A stretch of 64,000 nucleotides of DNA from Sandaracinaceae bacterium. GTDB taxonomy: Bacteria; Myxococcota_A; Polyangia; Polyangiales; Sandaracinaceae. The stretch lies in the NCBI GenBank assembly GCA_044220955.1, contig JBGAQA010000006.1, positions 67,909-131,908 on the forward strand, given 5' to 3'. The translations under genes and the position numbers were made by a program. The notes under the pieces are model-generated. The model worked only from the letters and a program-made list of their open reading frames with translations, was not told the DNA's origin and ran no database searches. This document shows, piece after piece, positions 37,437-50,462 of the stretch (the first letter of the stretch is position 1; every line of letters begins with the position of its first letter).

Positions 37437-37549
37437 CTGGAGACGGACGCGCCGGCGCCGCGTCGACGCGCGACACGGATGTCATGGGAGGCGACCTGGA
37501 TGGACGGGCGCGCGCTGGATTTACACGCTTTTCGGGGGGGATCCCCGCG

Positions 37550-37564
37550 TGGCACCGTCATTGC
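37550..37564 (+). promoter_or_regulatory. sigma54 (-24/-12) promoter
   Basis: TGGCAC-CGTCA-TTGC matches the consensus exactly, in intergenic DNA. Confidence 0.68.
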
Positions 37565-37575
37565 CTTAGGTCGCT

Positions 37576-37838
37576 GTGCTCTTCGGCGAGGCCACGCTCT
37601 CCAGGCCAGCCTCACCGTCGTGTGCCTTGGCTTCCTTTCTTCGTCCTTTCTTCGTCCTTTTCTCTTTCGCCGTCTGTGTCGCGTTCGCTTCTGCTTCGCC
37701 TCGCTCGCCTTGCTCTTGGCTCGCTTCTAGGAAGACGTCGCTCGCGGACCGCATGTTCCTTCCGTCGTGCGGTCTTGGCTGATCCACACGGCCCGAGCCG
37801 CAAGGCGACCGGCCGCGTCTTGACGGTCCGCGATTTTT
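37576..37838 (+). ncRNA. candidate sigma54-dependent CU-rich small RNA (or long leader)
   Basis: follows the sigma54 motif; no A in 37615-37728; hairpins 37747-37774 and GCC-GCAA-GGC; ends in a TTTTT tract; no convincing ORF. Confidence 0.4.
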
Positions 37839-37909
37839 CACGAACGCCGCGCTCTTCGCCGAGCGCGGCGTTCGCTTTTCAGGCCGCGGGTCGGGTATAT
37901 TCGCCCACG

Positions 37910-38305
37910 ATGACGAGAGGTGGCTGGCGTCGAGCGGGTGTCGTCGCGCTCGCGCTCGCGCTCGGGGCGTGCGGTGCCGCCTCGGCGGAGCTGCGGCGGG
38001 CGGAGCAATCGTACGAGCAAGCGCGCTACGAGAACGCGCTCTCGTGGCTCGCGGACCTCGAGCCCAACGCGCCGACCCTCGACCATGGCGAGCGCGCTCG
38101 GTACTTCTACGTGCGCGGGATGACCGAGTATCGCCTCGGGCACCGCCCGGAGGCGCTCTACTATCTCGCCGTCGCGCGTGAGATCTCGGGCGAGGACGGG
38201 GAGGGCCTGCGCGAGGAGCAGCGGGACCTGATGACCCGCACGCTCGCCGAGCTGATGCCGACCGATCCGTTGACCCATCAGCCGCCGGACGCGCCGGCGG
38301 ACTGA
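37910..38305 (+). CDS. small TPR-like lipoprotein
   Basis: LALGAC lipobox; AEQSYEQARYENAL, YFYVRGMTEYRLG..EALYYL. Confidence 0.75.
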   Translation: MTRGGWRRAGVVALALALGACGAASAELRRAEQSYEQARYENALSWLADLEPNAPTLDHGERARYFYVRGMTEYRLGHRPEALYYLAVAREISGEDGEGLREEQRDLMTRTLAELMPTDPLTHQPPDAPAD

Positions 38306-38321
38306 AGACCTCGGCGGCCGA

Positions 38322-40202
38322 TCATCCGTTCTTCAGCGCGGCCTGACGTGCGAGCCAGGTCGCGGCGGCGGCGTGTCCGAGGAGCCATGGGCCGGTCACG
38401 AGGACGGGCAGCGCGACGAGCGTCGTCGGAACGACGGCCTCGACGAGGAGGTAGGCGGCGAAGCCCAGGCTGACGCCGACCACCAGCGGCAGCAGGCGCT
38501 TGTTCTGCAGCAGGAGCAGCACGCCGCCCAGCGGGATCAGCGCCGTCAGGGCGATCGTCGCGGTGAGCACTCCGACGTGCGCGAACGAGCCGGCGTGGGC
38601 GAGCGCGCCCGGAACGCCCCCGGCCAGCCAGGGCTCGAGCAGGCCGAGCCCGAGCGCCGAGAACGGCAGCACGGCGAGGCCCCCGGCGACCACGAACGCG
38701 ATCGCCGTGGTGAGCGCCGGCGCGACGCCCAGCTTGCCGCGGCGCCTCAGGCTCCCGAGGACCAGGGCTCCGAGCGCGAGCGCGGCCAGACCGCGCATAC
38801 CGCTCTCCGTGTCCTCGGTCCGCGTGAGCGCCCCGTCCGCGCGCACCAGACCGGCGCCGTAGTGCTCGACGTCGCCGACCGGCTCGGCCGTGTCGCGGAG
38901 CACTCGCTCCACCGCATCGGGATCCGTGACGCCGGAGGCCCGTACGAGCGCCGCGACTCCGGCGACGTGGGGGGCGGCCATCGACGTGCCCTGCCACGCG
39001 AGGTAGTCGAAGCGGCGCACGTCGCGGCCGACGATCGTGTTCTGCAGTACGCCGTCGGGCAGCCCGTCGCCGTTCTGGTCGACGCGCGTGTCGCCCCCGG
39101 GCCCCACCACGTCGAGGCCCTGCCCGTAGCACGAGTAGAAGGAGAGCTCGCGGTCGTAGCGAACGGCGCCGACCGCGATGACGTGGTCGTGGCGCGCCGG
39201 GTACTCGACGGCGTTCGCCGACGAGTTGCCGGCGGCCGCCACGATCACGACGCCGTGCTCGTGCGCATAGTCGATCGCGCGCTCGACCGTCCGCGAGCGC
39301 ATCCCGCCGCCGAGCGACATGTTGATCACGTCGGCGCCGTGATCGGCAGCCCAGCGGATCGCCGACGCGATGGCCGCCCAGCCGCCCGCTCCGCTCGCGT
39401 CGAGCACCCGGAGCGGCATGATCGAGGCCGAGGGCGCGACGCCTGCAACGCCGAGGCCGTTGTCGGTGCTCTGCGCGATCGTGCCCGCCACGTGCGTGCC
39501 GTGCCCGTGTTCGTCGTCCGGGTACGCGTCGTCGGCCACGAAGTCCCAGCCGGGAACGAAGCTCGTCTGCCCGAGATCGGGCGCCTGCACGAAGCCGCCC
39601 GCGCTCCGGTACGCCACGCCGGTGTCGATGACGGCCACCACCACGCCCTCGCCGCGGCCGCGCGGCCAGGCGGCGGGCATGCCGATCTGATCGAGGTGCC
39701 ACTGGTGCGAGTAGTAGGGATCGTTCGGCACGAACCGGTCGCCCCCGTCGCGCGGTGCGACGAGGACGTCCGGCCTCGCGATCGCGCCGGCGTCCGTGCG
39801 CTCCGGCACGGCCCAGAGGTGCTCGACCTCGACCGTCTCGACCTCTGGATCGGCGCCGAGCGCGCGGAGCACGTCGGGGACCTCGCTGCGCGGGACGCTC
39901 AGGCGGTAGATCTGCGCGTCGGCCTCCATGGGGTGGTCGAGGTCGGGCAGGTACGCGTAAGGCGCGACCGCCTCGACGAGCTCGCGGCCCACGACGTCGC
40001 GGTCCTCGGCGGAAGCGCCGTCGTCGAGATCGACCACGATCGCGCCGGTCTCGGGATCCAGCCGCGCGGGGATCGCGTCGACGGCGCTGACGTCCGGCTC
40101 GGCGGCGCCGAGGCCAGAGGAGCCGACCCGGACGGCGATCGAGGCCGAGATCAGCGCCAGCCCGGCGACGACGAGGATTGCGATGCCTGCGCGACGCGAC
40201 AT
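38322..40202 (-). CDS. S8 (subtilisin-like) serine protease with multi-TM C-terminus
   Basis: VAVIDTG, HGHGTHVAGTIA, AAAGN, GTSMAAPHVAG; about 5-6 hydrophobic helices at the C-terminus; GGAGG RBS. Confidence 0.92.
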   Translation of the reverse strand: MSRRAGIAILVVAGLALISASIAVRVGSSGLGAAEPDVSAVDAIPARLDPETGAIVVDLDDGASAEDRDVVGRELVEAVAPYAYLPDLDHPMEADAQIYRLSVPRSEVPDVLRALGADPEVETVEVEHLWAVPERTDAGAIARPDVLVAPRDGGDRFVPNDPYYSHQWHLDQIGMPAAWPRGRGEGVVVAVIDTGVAYRSAGGFVQAPDLGQTSFVPGWDFVADDAYPDDEHGHGTHVAGTIAQSTDNGLGVAGVAPSASIMPLRVLDASGAGGWAAIASAIRWAADHGADVINMSLGGGMRSRTVERAIDYAHEHGVVIVAAAGNSSANAVEYPARHDHVIAVGAVRYDRELSFYSCYGQGLDVVGPGGDTRVDQNGDGLPDGVLQNTIVGRDVRRFDYLAWQGTSMAAPHVAGVAALVRASGVTDPDAVERVLRDTAEPVGDVEHYGAGLVRADGALTRTEDTESGMRGLAALALGALVLGSLRRRGKLGVAPALTTAIAFVVAGGLAVLPFSALGLGLLEPWLAGGVPGALAHAGSFAHVGVLTATIALTALIPLGGVLLLLQNKRLLPLVVGVSLGFAAYLLVEAVVPTTLVALPVLVTGPWLLGHAAAATWLARQAALKNG

Positions 40203-40378
40203 GGGGCCTCCGGGAGCGATTCGTGGACGCGTGGGAAAGTATCCAGGGCCTCGGGCCGCGCGGCCACTCGGCCGAACGGGCGGGGCCCTTCGTCGTCGTT
40301 ACGCACGAACCCGGGGGTTTGTTCCGCGACCCGGCCGGGATCTTGGTCCGGATGGTGCGCGCGGCGAGCCGCGACCCC

Positions 40379-41695
40379 TCACACCAGGATGTCGTTCAGG
40401 TCGATCTCTTCCTCGTCGGTCCCGGCCTCGAGCAGCAGCCGGGTGTCCATGAGGCGCTCCTCCCCCAGCTGGCTCACGTACTCCTTGATGTCGGGGAACG
40501 CCTCGACCAGGCGCGCGAACACGTCCCGCGCGAGGAAGAGCACCGTGCTCGCGCGGGCCGCCGTGACGCTCGCCGTCGCGGGGCTGTCCTCGAGCAGCGA
40601 GATCTCGCCGAAGACGTCGCCCGGCTTCAGCGACGCGAGGAGGACTTTCGAGTCGCCGTCGATCTTCGTCACGTCGACCTCGCCCGCCAGCAGGATGAAG
40701 AGCCCGCGTCCGGCCTCGCCCTCCCGGATGATCTGCACGCCCGCGGCGACGTCGTGGGCGGTGAACCGCCGAACGAGGTCGAGGCGCTGCTTCTTGTCGA
40801 GCGGCCGGAAGAGCGGACACGTCGCGAGCAGGTTGTGGAGCAGGCGCTCCCGCGCGAACTTGTCGAGCGCCGTGGCGAGCGTGCCGACCTCGCGCGCCGC
40901 TGCGGTGAGGGCGTCCCGGTCGAACTCGAGCAGATCCGAGTCGACGTGCGCGGTCACCGTCGCGCTGCGCGGGGCTGCCGACACGAGCGCCATCTCGCCG
41001 AAGATCGCCCCCTCGTGCAGCGTAGCGAGCTCGACGTCGCCGCCGGTCGCGAGGTGCTTGGTCACGCGCACCTCCCCGCGCGCGAGCACGAAGAACGACT
41101 GTCCCGGCTCGCCCTCCGCGAGGATGACCTCGCCGGGTCGTGCGCGGCGCAGCTTGAGCGCCCCGAGCACGGCGCCGAAGGCCGATGCGCTCAGCTCGGA
41201 GAAGAGAGGGATCGGCGGCAGTCGCTCCGGGTACTGCGCGCCCGAGATGTCCGCTGCGACGCGCTCGGCGTGGGCCGCGAGCTGCTCGAGCGTGACCGCC
41301 CGCGAGAGGTCGAGCGTCGGCGGGAGCGCCTGGGCGGGATCACCGGGCGCGAGGCGTACACCACGGCCGAGCTTCTTGCTCTCGCTTCCGTAGAGCTCGG
41401 CGATCGGCCCGAGCAGCGCGGCGAGCTGCGGCTCGAGCGCGGACAGGACCTTGAGCGCGACGAACGCGCGCAGCGGATAGCCGGCGTTCGAGGCGTAGCG
41501 CGCGAGCGCGGTGTAGACGACCGCAGCGCGCTGGACCTCGCCGACCGCGAGCAACGCGTCGGCGACCCGCAGGCGCGCGTCGAGGTTGATGGGCTGGCAC
41601 TGCACGATCGCTGCGTAGGCGAAGAGCGCACCGGGCGCGTCGCCAGCGAGGAGACGCGCGTCCGCATGTGCGCGCAGGTCGGCGATGGTTCGCAT
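40379..41695 (-). CDS. TPR + tandem cyclic-nucleotide-binding domain protein
   Basis: IPLFSEL..EGEPGQSFFVL..FGEMALV..PRSATV and EGEAGRGLFIL..FGEISLL..PATASV. Confidence 0.85.
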   Translation of the reverse strand: MRTIADLRAHADARLLAGDAPGALFAYAAIVQCQPINLDARLRVADALLAVGEVQRAAVVYTALARYASNAGYPLRAFVALKVLSALEPQLAALLGPIAELYGSESKKLGRGVRLAPGDPAQALPPTLDLSRAVTLEQLAAHAERVAADISGAQYPERLPPIPLFSELSASAFGAVLGALKLRRARPGEVILAEGEPGQSFFVLARGEVRVTKHLATGGDVELATLHEGAIFGEMALVSAAPRSATVTAHVDSDLLEFDRDALTAAAREVGTLATALDKFARERLLHNLLATCPLFRPLDKKQRLDLVRRFTAHDVAAGVQIIREGEAGRGLFILLAGEVDVTKIDGDSKVLLASLKPGDVFGEISLLEDSPATASVTAARASTVLFLARDVFARLVEAFPDIKEYVSQLGEERLMDTRLLLEAGTDEEEIDLNDILV

Positions 41696-41743
41696 GGCCG
41701 CGGATGGTAACAGGGCCCGGCCGGGGCGGTCAGCGCGAGAGGC

Positions 41744-43588
<1,845 letters not shown>

Positions 43589-43710
43589 GGGGGGCCTCGA
43601 GGCGCGGGGGGAGGGCGGCGAAGGGTCGAGCATGATAGCTCAGGCGCGGCCACCGCGGGCCGAATCGGCCGCGCGCGCGGGCGGCGGTCGAGGTGGTAGG
43701 CTCCGCGCCG

Positions 43711-46050
43711 ATGCCCGATTCGAAGGCGTGCCCGAGCTGCGGGCACACGAACAGCGTGGACGCGCGCTTCTGCGGCCGCTGTGGGACGCCGCTCGGTGCG
43801 CCGGCCGCTCCGCCGCCCGCCGCTTCGCCGCCCGCCGCCGCTCCGGCGCGCGCGAGCCAGGCGAACCGCACGATGCTCGGCGCGCTGATGGACCCGAGCG
43901 CGCAGAACCCGGCCGCTCCGCCACCGGCGTCGGCGCGGCCGGTGTTCCGCACGATGATGGCTGGTGGGCTCGAGGCTCCTCCGGGCCTGCCCGCGTCGCC
44001 ACCTGCGCCGGTCGCGGCGGCTCCGCCACCCGCGAGCTCCACGATCGGCCTCTCCGCCAGTCCGATGAGCACACCCGGCACGCGGATCCCGGACGAGGGC
44101 GTCGCGCCGGGCGCGCCCACCGCGGTGCCCCCTGCGGCTGCGGTCGTGCCCGTCGCGCCGCCGGTCGCGCCCGTGCCGGCTCCGGCCCCGCCCGCGGCGG
44201 CTCCGGCCGCGCCCGTCGCGCCTGCGCTCGCGCCCGTGGCGGCGGCTCCGGTCGCTGCGCCCCGCTCGAAGGAGGGCATGCGCACGATGATCGGCGTCGG
44301 GCTCAACCCCGTCCCGGCCGCCGCCCCGATCGCGCCCGCCGCGACGGCCGCGGCCCCGGCCGGCTCGACGCCGGTCGCTCCCGTCCAGCCGCCGGTCGAT
44401 TCCTCGGCGCCCCCGCTGGGAGACACGGTCGTCGATCCCCCGAGGCCCGCCGCTGCGCAGCCGCACCGCACGATGCTCGGCATGCCGATGCCCGTCGTCG
44501 CCGCGTCGCCAGCTTCGCCCGCGGCCGCGACGGCCAGCCCCGGTCCGCCGCCGGCCGCGCCGGCGCCGCCGCCGGCCGCAGCACCTTCGCCGATCGGAGC
44601 CTCGGTCGAGGCTCGGCCGCAGGCGCCGGCGCCGGCCGCGATGCCCGAGGCCCTGCCGAAGCGCAACATCGGCCCCTCGAACCGAACCATGCTCGGCGTG
44701 GCCGCCCCCGTCGTCGCGCGCGGCGCGACGCCTGCGAGCGTGCCCGATCCGACGCCGCCGCCGGCGCCTCCCGCGGTCTACGAGACGATGCCGCGCGCGG
44801 AGACGTCCTCGATGGACGTCTCGATCGCGGGCATGCCCTCGCCGAGGCGCCGCCTGCGCGGGTGGCTCATCGCGCTGCTCGTTCTCGGCGTCCTGCTCGT
44901 CGGCAGCGTGATCAGCGCGGCGCTCTACTACCGCGTCACGCGCACGCGCGTGGACGTCGCGGCGCTCGTGTCCGCCGGTACGAGCGGCGAGGTGCTCGGG
45001 GTCGACGTCGCGCGCGCACCCGAGGGGACGCGCGCACGCTTCGGCACGGCCGTGCAGCCGCTGGCGGGCACGCACGTGGAGTTCCCGCTCGCCGCCGACA
45101 CGCTGCACGTCGGCGACAACGTCGTCGACATCGACGTCCTGTTCGCCGACGGATCGACCGAGACGCACGCCGTGACGCTGACGGTCGAGTACCGTGTCCG
45201 CGCCGATCTCGCCACGCTCACCGCGACACCGCCGGCGATCACCGTCGTCGTCGACGCGCTCCCAGGCTCGACCGTCGTGCTCGATGCGCAGCCCCTCACC
45301 CTCGACGCGCGCGGGCACGGGACGCGCGCCTACCCGATCTCGTCCATCGCCCCCGACGCGACGGGGACGCTCGCGCTCACCGCGCACTACACGATCACGC
45401 CTCCGGCGCCGGCGGCGGCGGCGACGGGGACGCTCAGCTCGCGGGTCCCGGCCACGACGCTGCGGCTCGAGCGTCCGGCCGACGCCGCGACGACCGATCA
45501 GGCGAGCATCGTCGTCGGTGGGGTCACTCAGGCCGGCGCGACGGTCACGGTCGAGGGCTCGCCGGCCACCGTGAGCTCGGACGGCCACTTCAGCTTCACC
45601 GCGCCGCTCGCGTCGGTCGGCGCGCGCGAGCTCCACGTGTCGGCGAGCGCGCCCGGGCGCGCGCCCGCGAGCGCGGTGATCCACGTCGAGCGCGTCGCCG
45701 ACCTCGGGCGCGCCGCCGCGGCGTTCACCGTCGATCGCACGCTGACCTACGCGCGCCTCGCCGCCGCGCCCGCGAGCTTCCAGGGCCAGCACGTCGCGAT
45801 CGAGGGGCGCGTCTACAACGTCGACCTCCAGGATGGGCACGGCGTGCTGCAGATGCTCGCGCGCGACTGCCCCGCCGGTCAGCGCTGCCCGCTCTGGGTG
45901 ACGCACCCGGCGATCTCCGAGATCACGGTCGAGAGCTGGGTGCGGGTCGTCGGCACCGTCGCCGGGGAGCAGCAGTTCATGTCTCAGTCGGGCGAGGTCC
46001 GCACCGTGCCGCGCGTGGACGCCGCGTTCGTGCTGCCCTCGCATCCCTGA
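43711..46050 (+). CDS. zinc-ribbon / Pro-Ala-rich bitopic membrane protein with Ig-like and OB-like extracellular domains
   Basis: CPSCG..N...ARFCGRCG; long low-complexity region with RTM(L/I/M)G repeats; TM WLIALLVLGVLLVG; beta-rich C-terminus. Confidence 0.75.
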   Translation: MPDSKACPSCGHTNSVDARFCGRCGTPLGAPAAPPPAASPPAAAPARASQANRTMLGALMDPSAQNPAAPPPASARPVFRTMMAGGLEAPPGLPASPPAPVAAAPPPASSTIGLSASPMSTPGTRIPDEGVAPGAPTAVPPAAAVVPVAPPVAPVPAPAPPAAAPAAPVAPALAPVAAAPVAAPRSKEGMRTMIGVGLNPVPAAAPIAPAATAAAPAGSTPVAPVQPPVDSSAPPLGDTVVDPPRPAAAQPHRTMLGMPMPVVAASPASPAAATASPGPPPAAPAPPPAAAPSPIGASVEARPQAPAPAAMPEALPKRNIGPSNRTMLGVAAPVVARGATPASVPDPTPPPAPPAVYETMPRAETSSMDVSIAGMPSPRRRLRGWLIALLVLGVLLVGSVISAALYYRVTRTRVDVAALVSAGTSGEVLGVDVARAPEGTRARFGTAVQPLAGTHVEFPLAADTLHVGDNVVDIDVLFADGSTETHAVTLTVEYRVRADLATLTATPPAITVVVDALPGSTVVLDAQPLTLDARGHGTRAYPISSIAPDATGTLALTAHYTITPPAPAAAATGTLSSRVPATTLRLERPADAATTDQASIVVGGVTQAGATVTVEGSPATVSSDGHFSFTAPLASVGARELHVSASAPGRAPASAVIHVERVADLGRAAAAFTVDRTLTYARLAAAPASFQGQHVAIEGRVYNVDLQDGHGVLQMLARDCPAGQRCPLWVTHPAISEITVESWVRVVGTVAGEQQFMSQSGEVRTVPRVDAAFVLPSHP

Positions 46051-46140
46051 GGCGACGCGCGCGGAGGCCCCGACGCGAAACGGCCAGCGCGGGTCGCGCT
46101 GGCCGTCTCGTCGGTCGCTCGCTGTCGGACCTGGCGGCTC

Positions 46141-47103
46141 TCAGCCGTTCGGGACGCCCGCGTCCATCGTGCAGGGGACGCCCGGCATGTCGGCGCTCTG
46201 TCGCGGCTGCAGGACCCACTGCCCGAACGAGTACGTGAGCACGCCGGTGACGTCGCCGACCGTCGCGCCGACCGTCCTGGTCATCAGCTCGTTGCGCTGG
46301 CACGTCACACCAGGGTACTTCGAGACCTCGATCGGCATGACCGGCGTGGTCGTGCCGGTGGCCGCGACCATCATCACGTTGTGGTTGGCTGCGGAGGGAA
46401 GCTCGACGATCACGGTCCCCGCGATGCGCACGACCGCGCCCTGCAGGGCCATGCTGCGCGTCCCGAGCGTGAGCCCCATGCCCGCGACCTCGGCGATGGT
46501 CGCCGTCGTGGCCGTGGGGTCGCCGCTGTGCGTGCCGACCGTGAACGCGCCGCTCGTGACGTCGAGCTCCTGGGCGGTGTTCGGCGGGCACGACGAGCCC
46601 GAGGGGCAGAAGTTGATGAAGCGGCCCGTCACGGTCGTGATCGAGTCCCCGATCATCACGCTGTCGGGGATCATGTGCGCCGGCTCGTCGAAGCAGCTGT
46701 TGGTGCCCGAGGGGAGGAACGTCTCGGTGACCTCGACGCCGCTGTAGTCGCCGCCCGCGGCGGTCCCCACCCAGATGGCGAAGAGGCAGCGCATGCTGGT
46801 GCTCGACTGCGACAGGAAGAGGCGCGGCGTGAGCGCGACGAGGCTACCCGTGACGTGGATGGTCGAGCCGTCCGCCGGGTGATCGCTCGCCGCACCGTTG
46901 ACGACCGACGCGATCGGCACGTCCGTCGCGGCGATGCTCCCCGCGTCCGTGCCGGAGTCCATGCCGCCCGTGCCCATGTCCACCGGCGGAACGCCGGTGT
47001 CGTTCGGGGGGATCGTGCCCGTGTCGCGCTGGGTGTTGTTGCCCGGGCACCCGGTCAGGCTGACCAGGGCGAGCAGGAACAAGAACGGCTGGGTCTTCCG
47101 CAT
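46141..47103 (-). CDS. hypothetical lipoprotein, OB-fold-like
   Basis: GGAG RBS; MRKTQPFLFLLALVSLTGC; DYSGVEV, VTGVLTYSFGQWVLQPR...D. Confidence 0.7.
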   Translation of the reverse strand: MRKTQPFLFLLALVSLTGCPGNNTQRDTGTIPPNDTGVPPVDMGTGGMDSGTDAGSIAATDVPIASVVNGAASDHPADGSTIHVTGSLVALTPRLFLSQSSTSMRCLFAIWVGTAAGGDYSGVEVTETFLPSGTNSCFDEPAHMIPDSVMIGDSITTVTGRFINFCPSGSSCPPNTAQELDVTSGAFTVGTHSGDPTATTATIAEVAGMGLTLGTRSMALQGAVVRIAGTVIVELPSAANHNVMMVAATGTTTPVMPIEVSKYPGVTCQRNELMTRTVGATVGDVTGVLTYSFGQWVLQPRQSADMPGVPCTMDAGVPNG

Positions 47104-47178
47104 GGATCGCTCCGAAAAAAGAAGCTGCGGGGTACCAGAGGGGAGGCCTCCGTTCAAGGCGACCACGGCCTGCCGAAT

Positions 47179-48924
<1,746 letters not shown>

Positions 48925-49031
48925 GGCGGGCGAGGATAACGCGTGGCGCGCGCGCGCAGGCGTTCATGCGGCGGCCGGCGCGTTCCGCTACAGTCAGGGT
49001 GCGCGGCGGCGCCGTGCGTCCGGAGGTCCCC

Positions 49032-50399
49032 ATGCGGTTGATCGTGCTCGTGGCCGTGGCGGTGCTCGCGACGGCCGGATGCGAGTGCTCCGGACAGCTC
49101 ACTCCGCGCCGCGACGGCGGCTCGTTCGACGGCGGGGTGCGGGACGGCAGCGGGGGCGGCGTCGACTCGCACGTGGACGCCAACGTGGACGCGCGCGCGT
49201 GCGCGGGCCTGGCCTGCCGGCAGGTCACGTGCTCGGGCGGCGCGACCACGTCGCTCTCGGGCGTCGTCTACACGCCGGCGGGGGATCTGCCGCTCTACAA
49301 CGCGATCGTGTACGTCCCGAACGGGCCGGTGCAGCCCTTCACGGACACCCTGAGCTGCGAGCGCTGCGACGCGGCGCTCTCCGGCTCGCCGCTCGTGCAG
49401 GCCACGACCGACACGCGGGGCCACTTCACCCTCGCGAACGTCCCGACGGGGGACGACGTGCCGCTCGTCATCCAGATCGGTCGGTGGCGCCGGCAGGTCA
49501 CGATCCCGAGCGTGATGCCATGCACGGACACGCCGCTGGCCGTCGAACAGACACGCCTGCCCCGCAACCAGTCGGAGGGGGACATCCCGCGCATCGCGCT
49601 GACCACCGGCGGGGCGGACGCGCTCGAGTGCCTGCTCCGCAAGGTGGGGCTCGACGACGCCGAATTCACCACCGAGAGCGGTACGGGTCGCGTGCACCTC
49701 TACGCCGGCCACGAGGGAACGGACGCGTTCACCGGCGCGCTCGGCGGCGCGAGCTTCTCGGCGGCGCCCACGCTCTGGAACAGCCTCGGGCACCTCTCGG
49801 GCTACGACCTCGTGCTGCACTCGTGCGAAGGCACCGAGAGCCCGAGCAACAAGAGCATGATGGCGGTCCAGGCGATGCAGGACTACGCGAACGCCGGCGG
49901 CCGCGTGTTCGCCTCGCACTGGCACAACTACTGGATCGAGCACGGGCCGGCGCCCTGGCCCGCGCTGGCGAACTTCGATCACCAGCCGGACCTCGACGAC
50001 CCGTTCACCGCCACCATCGATCAGAGCTTCGCCAAGGGCGCCGCGCTGGCCGAGTGGCTGGTGAACGTGGGTGGCTCGACGACGCGTGGCTCGATCGAGA
50101 TCCGCGCGGCGCAGCACACCGTCGACTCGGTCAACGCGGGCGCGCAGCGCTGGATCTACAGCGACACGCCGCAGTCGGTGCAGTACTTCACGTTCAACAC
50201 GCCCGTCGGCGCCGCCGCCGACGCGCAGTGCGGGCGCGTGGTGCTCTCCGACATCCACGTCTCGTCGGGCGACCAGTCCGGGCCGACGCAGCCCTTCCCG
50301 CGGGGCTGCACCAGCGTCGGGCTGACGCCCCAGGAGAAGGTGCTCGTGTTCATGCTCTTCGACCTCTCCGCGTGCATCACGGACGACGTCCCGTTCTGA
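49032..50399 (+). CDS. myxobacterial lipoprotein with carboxypeptidase-regulatory-like domain
   Basis: GGAGG RBS; LATAGC lipobox; SGVVYTP..PLYNAIVYVP, PLVIQIGRWRRQV, DALECLLRKVG, QEKVLVFMLFDL. Confidence 0.7.
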   Translation: MRLIVLVAVAVLATAGCECSGQLTPRRDGGSFDGGVRDGSGGGVDSHVDANVDARACAGLACRQVTCSGGATTSLSGVVYTPAGDLPLYNAIVYVPNGPVQPFTDTLSCERCDAALSGSPLVQATTDTRGHFTLANVPTGDDVPLVIQIGRWRRQVTIPSVMPCTDTPLAVEQTRLPRNQSEGDIPRIALTTGGADALECLLRKVGLDDAEFTTESGTGRVHLYAGHEGTDAFTGALGGASFSAAPTLWNSLGHLSGYDLVLHSCEGTESPSNKSMMAVQAMQDYANAGGRVFASHWHNYWIEHGPAPWPALANFDHQPDLDDPFTATIDQSFAKGAALAEWLVNVGGSTTRGSIEIRAAQHTVDSVNAGAQRWIYSDTPQSVQYFTFNTPVGAAADAQCGRVVLSDIHVSSGDQSGPTQPFPRGCTSVGLTPQEKVLVFMLFDLSACITDDVPF

Positions 50400-50424
50400 G
50401 CGGCTCGGTCGACCACCAGCGTCA

Positions 50425-50453
50425 TTGAATGGCGGGGCGCGTCCACGTAACGT
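50425..50453 (+). promoter_or_regulatory. sigma70-type promoter directly before the kinase start
   Basis: TTGAAT (50425-50430), 17 nt, TAACGT (50448-50453), 9 nt, GTG. Confidence 0.55.
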
Positions 50454-50462
50454 TCCCGGGAC

